A DNA stretch of 63,840 nucleotides, the filler included, from Octopus bimaculoides (lineage: Eukaryota): assembly GCF_001194135.2 (NCBI RefSeq). It is 4 parts of 4 records of this genome, joined end to end, with 100 filler letters (N's around TTAATTAATTAA, not from the genome) between each part and the next. Parts side by side here need not be neighbours in the genome. Positions count along the whole stretch, not along the records: positions 61,838 to 63,840 come from NW_026338069.1; 3 more parts are not named here. One strand, given 5' to 3'. This document shows, piece after piece, positions 63,272 to 63,840 of this stretch; positions within the stretch are counted from its first letter, which is position 1; each line of letters opens with the position of its first letter. The position numbers and the translations under genes are program-made. A model generated the notes under the pieces. The model had not been told where the DNA came from, ran no database searches, and saw only the letters and a list, made by a program, of their open reading frames with translations.

Positions 63272-63840
63272 AACTGAACAGTTAAATGTCCACTGTCCTC
63301 TGGCCTATTCGAACTCCTGGCTAGGCCTAGGTAATCCGATATAAATAATCTACAATATCCAAATAATTTTATCCACAAAAACTGGTGTTCGTCGTATAAT
63401 TAACCGCTAGCAGCGCTTAATTGTCCATAAACAGAGACAAAAAATCCAGTTACAAAAGTCTTCAGTAAAAAAATTTTCAATAGAAAAATACTTGCGTTGC
63501 GGGATACGCCCTGCCAAGAATTTTTCGACAAAACCAACGCAACCAAAGGCGAACAAAATTGCCTCGAGACCAGTGGAGACACCTTACTAGTTAAAAAATA
63601 TATAAAATACGAGTAACGCACCCCTACTGTGTTGTCATTACAAAAAAGAAAAAATGCAGTTAACATGTCCACTGTCCTCTGACCTATTCGAAATCCTGAC
63701 CAGGCCTAGGTAATCTGATATAGGTAATCCACGATATCCAAATAATTTTATCCACAAAAATTGGTGTTGGCCGTATAATTAACAACAATCAGTGCTCGAA
63801 TGTCCATAAACAGGAACAAAAATCCATTTACGAGAGTCTT
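63272..63840. repeat. Diverged tandem repeat with a 379-bp period, running off the window end
   Basis: tgtccactgtcctctg.cctattcgaa.tcctg...aggcctaggtaatc...atatccaaataattttatccacaaaaa.tggtgtt starts at 63287 and at 63666. Confidence 0.9.

Overview
AT-rich, microsatellite-dense, gap-ridden metazoan genomic DNA. The SINE families, retroelement tails and microsatellite load look like an octopod cephalopod (Octopus-type) draft assembly; this is inferred from repeat content. One host gene is supported, on the + strand: a rhodopsin-class neuropeptide GPCR of the CCAP-receptor / neuropeptide-S-receptor family. Coding exon 1 (106-276) ends ...NMYFYK and exon 2 (14038-14176) encodes VEQLTFLW...SRMNFFVMHLAIA(D), i.e. 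TM1 to TM2. No third exon was found, so the remaining ~49 kb is probably intron 2, unless exon 3 lies in an N gap. The introns hold decayed mobile DNA: three tRNA-headed SINE families, Tc1 and mariner relics, a 216-bp mariner MITE, Helitron termini, an RTE LINE 3' end, and two restriction-like-endonuclease (R4/Dong-type) non-LTR fragments sitting in (TAA)n and (CATA)n microsatellites. Most notable are several type I hammerhead-ribozyme motifs from unrelated Penelope-like repeats, mostly in the gene's sense orientation and including a CUGUUGA core variant; a nested retroelement cluster in (CATA)n; and a SINE apparently split by a fold-back plus a templated copy of upstream DNA. Nearly all long ORFs in the supplied track are artefacts of N gaps and microsatellites.
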